Made by a program: the position numbers and the translations under genes. A stretch of 63,419 nt of DNA from an uncultured Clostridia bacterium (GTDB lineage: Bacteria; Bacillota; Clostridia; TANB77; CAG-508): positions 1-63,419 of the forward strand of contig CALXPY010000002.1 of assembly GCA_944390395.1 (NCBI GenBank), given 5' to 3'. Below are positions 60,889 through 63,419 of the stretch, in pieces. How positions within the stretch are numbered: position 1 is the stretch's first letter; each line of letters starts with the position of its first letter. The notes beneath the pieces were generated by a model. It did not search any database. It worked only from the letters and a program-made list of their open reading frames with translations, and was not told the DNA's origin.

Positions 60889-61998
60889 ATGAAGAAATAT
60901 TATTTTACATCAGAAAGTGTAACAGAAGGTCATCCAGATAAATTATGTGACTTAATATCCGATAGCATATTAGATGAATGTTTAAAACAAGATAAAAATT
61001 CAAGAGTGGCAGTTGAAACATTTGCTGCTAATAACAGTATAACAGTGGCAGGACAAATAACTTCTAAAGCAGATTTTAATATAGAAGAGCTAGTAAGAAA
61101 TATAATAAAAGAAATTGGTTATGATAATTCAAACACAGATATAGATTATAGAACTTGCAAAATAGTAACAGATATTACTAAACAAAGTCCTGACATATCT
61201 ATGGGAGTAGATAATGGAGGAGCTGGAGATCAAGGAATTATGTTTGGATATGCATGTAATGAAACAGAAAACTATATGCCTTATGCAATAAATATAGCTC
61301 ATAAATTATCAAGAAGGTTAGCTGATGTTAGAAAAGATGGAACAATTAATTATTTAAGACCAGATGGAAAAACACAAGTAACAGTAGAATATGAAAATAA
61401 TATACCAAAAAGAATTGAAACTATACTTGTATCAACTCAACATTTAGATAACATAGATATGGATATATTAAAAGAAGATATAATAAATAATGTAATAAAA
61501 CCAATTGTGCCAGAGAAAATGATGGATGAACAAACAAAGATATATATTAACCCAACAGGAAGATTTGTAATAGGAGGTCCACTTGGAGATACAGGATTAA
61601 CTGGAAGAAAAATAATTGTAGATACTTATGGAGGGTATGCACGCCATGGAGGAGGAGCATTTTCTGGAAAAGATCCTAGTAAAGTAGATAGATCAGCAGC
61701 ATATATGTTAAGATTTATAGCTAAAAATCTTGTGGCAAATGGTTATGCAAAAAAATGTGAAATTCAAATTTCTTATGGGATAGGAGTAAAAGAACCATTA
61801 TCAATCTTTATAAATACTTTTGGAACATCAAAAATTTCAGAAGAAGAACTAATAGAATTAGTAAAGAAAAATTTTGATTTAACACCAGAAGGAATTATAA
61901 ATTACTTAAATCTACGTGAGCCAATATATACAAAAACAACAAATTACGGACATTTTGGAAAAGAAGGATTAAGTTACGAGAACATTATAAAACTATAG
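60889..61998 (+). CDS. metK: S-adenosylmethionine synthetase (compact, 369 aa)
   Basis: [47 protein letters not shown]. Confidence 0.95.
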   Translation: MKKYYFTSESVTEGHPDKLCDLISDSILDECLKQDKNSRVAVETFAANNSITVAGQITSKADFNIEELVRNIIKEIGYDNSNTDIDYRTCKIVTDITKQSPDISMGVDNGGAGDQGIMFGYACNETENYMPYAINIAHKLSRRLADVRKDGTINYLRPDGKTQVTVEYENNIPKRIETILVSTQHLDNIDMDILKEDIINNVIKPIVPEKMMDEQTKIYINPTGRFVIGGPLGDTGLTGRKIIVDTYGGYARHGGGAFSGKDPSKVDRSAAYMLRFIAKNLVANGYAKKCEIQISYGIGVKEPLSIFINTFGTSKISEEELIELVKKNFDLTPEGIINYLNLREPIYTKTTNYGHFGKEGLSYENIIKL

Positions 61999-62001
61999 AA
62001 T

Positions 62002-62030
62002 TTGCGGAAAAACGTAAAAAGTGGTATAAT
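62002..62030 (+). promoter_or_regulatory. Promoter of the small acidic protein gene
   Basis: TTGCGG 62002-62007, 17-nt spacer with TG, TATAAT 62025-62030; palindrome GTTATC-N5-GATAAC just downstream. Confidence 0.5.
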
Positions 62031-62083
62031 ATAAGTGAGTTATCTACGTGATAACAAAATATTATTAAGGAGGTTTTTCTTTT

Positions 62084-62287
62084 ATGGAAAACAAGAATGG
62101 TAGCATCATTAGAATATTTGTAAATGGTAAAGAAAGCGTATGGAGCGAAGAACTTCAGGCACGGTACTTACCAATTATCGATGTGTTAGAGAAGGAAGCA
62201 GAAATGAACTATTTTGAAATTCATGACGAAGAGCTTGAAATAAAGTTCATTGCAAAAAGACTCGGTCCAGAAAAGGAAAACGAATAA
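62084..62287 (+). CDS. Small acidic hypothetical protein (67 aa)
   Basis: SD AAGGAGG; ORF visibly more G+C-rich than its surroundings; followed by a GC-rich terminator. Confidence 0.5.
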   Translation: MENKNGSIIRIFVNGKESVWSEELQARYLPIIDVLEKEAEMNYFEIHDEELEIKFIAKRLGPEKENE

Positions 62288-62290
62288 TCC

Positions 62291-62323
62291 AAAAGAGCTA
62301 GCCTTTATGGCTGGCTCCTTTTT
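62291..62323 (+). terminator. Rho-independent terminator
   Basis: GAGCTAGCC / GGCTGGCTC stem, then CTTTTT. Confidence 0.75.
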
Positions 62324-62359
62324 AGCTAATAGGAAATTTCTCCGAAATTTCTATTAGCT
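62324..62359. repeat. Palindromic element copy 3: AGCTAATAGGAAATTTCTCCGAAATTTCTATTAGCT
   Basis: 13-bp stem with one bulged G; same core as copies 1 and 2. Confidence 0.7.
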
Positions 62360-62521
62360 AAAAAGCTTCGCTAACAGATGTACACAATTTTACTAAAGTA
62401 AAATTGGCACACGAACAATTACGCGGGCTTTAAAATGTTATAAATATATAAGATATCTAAAAAAGCCCGCTATTGTTCTTAAAAAGATTATAAGAGTTTT
62501 TATTAAAAAACCCCATTTCCA

Positions 62522-62551
62522 TTGACAAAAACAAAAAAATAATTATATAAT
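62522..62551 (+). promoter_or_regulatory. Promoter of tRNA-Thr
   Basis: TTGACA 62522-62527, 18-nt spacer, TATAAT 62546-62551. Confidence 0.55.
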
Positions 62552-62579
62552 AACACTTATAAAAAGAAAAAATTAAAAT

Positions 62580-62655
62580 GCTATTGTAGCTCAGTTGGTA
62601 GAGCAACAGATTCGTAACCTGTAGGTCGGGAGTTCGATTCTCCCCAGTAGCTCCA
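62580..62655 (+). tRNA. tRNA-Thr (anticodon CGT), CCA encoded
   Basis: Hand-folded cloverleaf: acceptor GCTATTG/CAGTAGC, D-arm GCTC-AGTTGGTA-GAGC, anticodon loop TTCGTAA, T-arm GGGAG-TTCGATT-CTCCC, 3' TCCA. Confidence 0.9.
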
Positions 62656-62723
62656 AAAACTTTTATAGAATTTTTTAATTCTATGTTAATATATTTAATT
62701 ATGGTACATAATTTTTAATAAAC

Positions 62724-62862
62724 AACATATAATATTAATGTCAAATGTGGTTTGACAAGTTAAATATTATATGTTAAAATATATTTAACTTGACCCTCTA
62801 CTACTTTTGTAGTAAGACGGGAGCCTAAATGATTTTGGAGAGTTCTAGCAACTCTCCTTTTT
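62724..62862 (+). ncRNA. Palindrome-enclosed promoter plus terminated transcript of roughly 75 nt (candidate small RNA), convergent with the MazF-like gene
   Basis: Outer IR AACATATAATATT 62724-62736 / AATATTATATGTT 62763-62775. Inner IR GTCAAA/TTTGAC. TTGACA 62752-62757, 17-nt spacer with TG, TAAAAT 62775-62780. Terminator GGAGAGTT/AACTCTCC + T5 at 62837-62862. Confidence 0.35.
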
Positions 62863-62873
62863 AAGTACTATAA

Positions 62874-63374
62874 CTATTTTGTAAAAAATTTAATAATTTG
62901 TTTATCAATTAAATCAAGTGATTCACTAGATATTTTTACGTTTCTTCGTACAGTATCCTTGAAAATTCTTTGTTTGCTAATTGTCGTTATTTGATTAATT
63001 AAAGCAATACTGTCTTTTTTCATTTTACTGATTTCGCTTTCCATTTTTTCAATATATTTTTGTTCTTTTTCTATTATATTTTGAATGTTAATAGGAATAT
63101 CTTCTATCTTTTCTAATTCACTTAATATTTGTTGCAATTTCTGTTTTTCCTTTTCTATTTTGTCTTGAAAAACAATATAAAGTTCCTTTCCAAGATTTAC
63201 AGAAGAAGAATCATATTTTTTATTATCTTTTCTAGATGTTAATGGAATAACATTTAATGCTCCATTTCTGGTATTATCATATTTATTTAGTACAATACAA
63301 TAATGTAATCCTCCTAATTCATTTCCAATATTAAAACCCAAGTTTACTTTTATTACATCGCCACGAGAGTACAT
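62874..63374 (-). CDS. MazF/PemK-like toxin fold with a coiled-coil insertion of roughly 60 aa; may extend beyond the window
   Basis: RGDVIKVNLGFNIGNELGGLHYCIVL...NVIPLTS and ...DSIALINQITTISKQRI...ISSESLDLIDKQI match the PemK pattern. The frame stays open from 63375 to the window edge. Confidence 0.55.
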   Translation of the reverse strand: MYSRGDVIKVNLGFNIGNELGGLHYCIVLNKYDNTRNGALNVIPLTSRKDNKKYDSSSVNLGKELYIVFQDKIEKEKQKLQQILSELEKIEDIPINIQNIIEKEQKYIEKMESEISKMKKDSIALINQITTISKQRIFKDTVRRNVKISSESLDLIDKQIIKFFTK

Positions 63375-63419
63375 ACCAGATTTTGCAATATTGAAAGTTC
63401 TTTCTTCATCGTGATATTC

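Noticed and set aside
62822-62866. 11-aa ORF MILESSSNSPF with SD-like GGGAG inside the putative small RNA
   Set aside because: It runs through the terminator stem and is too short to evaluate. I kept it only as a remark, and the transcript is treated as non-coding.

Overview
Chromosomal segment of a very AT-rich Firmicute (Clostridia/Tissierellia-like), almost all genes on the + strand. 1-16.4 kb holds a complete S10-spc-alpha ribosomal super-operon (rpsJ to rplQ with secY, adk, map, infA, rpmJ). It has no rpmD, unusually long structured spacers, and insertions in L23 and L17. Next come secG, rnr, a sigma/anti-sigma module and a dapB/HD/dapA block in which dapA is frameshifted. ileS and glyQS each have a T-box leader. 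Also present are queA and tgt (split by a MntA/HepT toxin-antitoxin insertion), recG, a GH13 amylase, pyrH-frr-uppS-cdsA-rseP-polC, metK and tRNA-Thr(CGU). Accessory content: two paralogous AAA+/DUF4143-like ATPases, each behind tandem promoter-proximal iterons; an ATP-grasp/flippase/ATP-grasp cassette; an LPXTG protein with its sortase; a G+C-richer helical-repeat gene behind a cluster of five DnaA boxes; a MazF/PemK-like gene after the tRNA. The most unusual locus is 40.86-42.5 kb. It combines a promoter, a mini-ORF containing an (AG)11 microsatellite, a terminator, and a 126-bp segment bracketed by 24/25-bp inverted repeats that looks like a candidate invertible switch. These sit directly upstream of a frameshifted pilin-like/FGE-domain surface protein gene. 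A roughly 30-nt palindromic element recurs in three intergenic sites, and a hairpin motif recurs in three S10-operon spacers. All calls rest on reading the sequence and translated ORFs; no database search was run.
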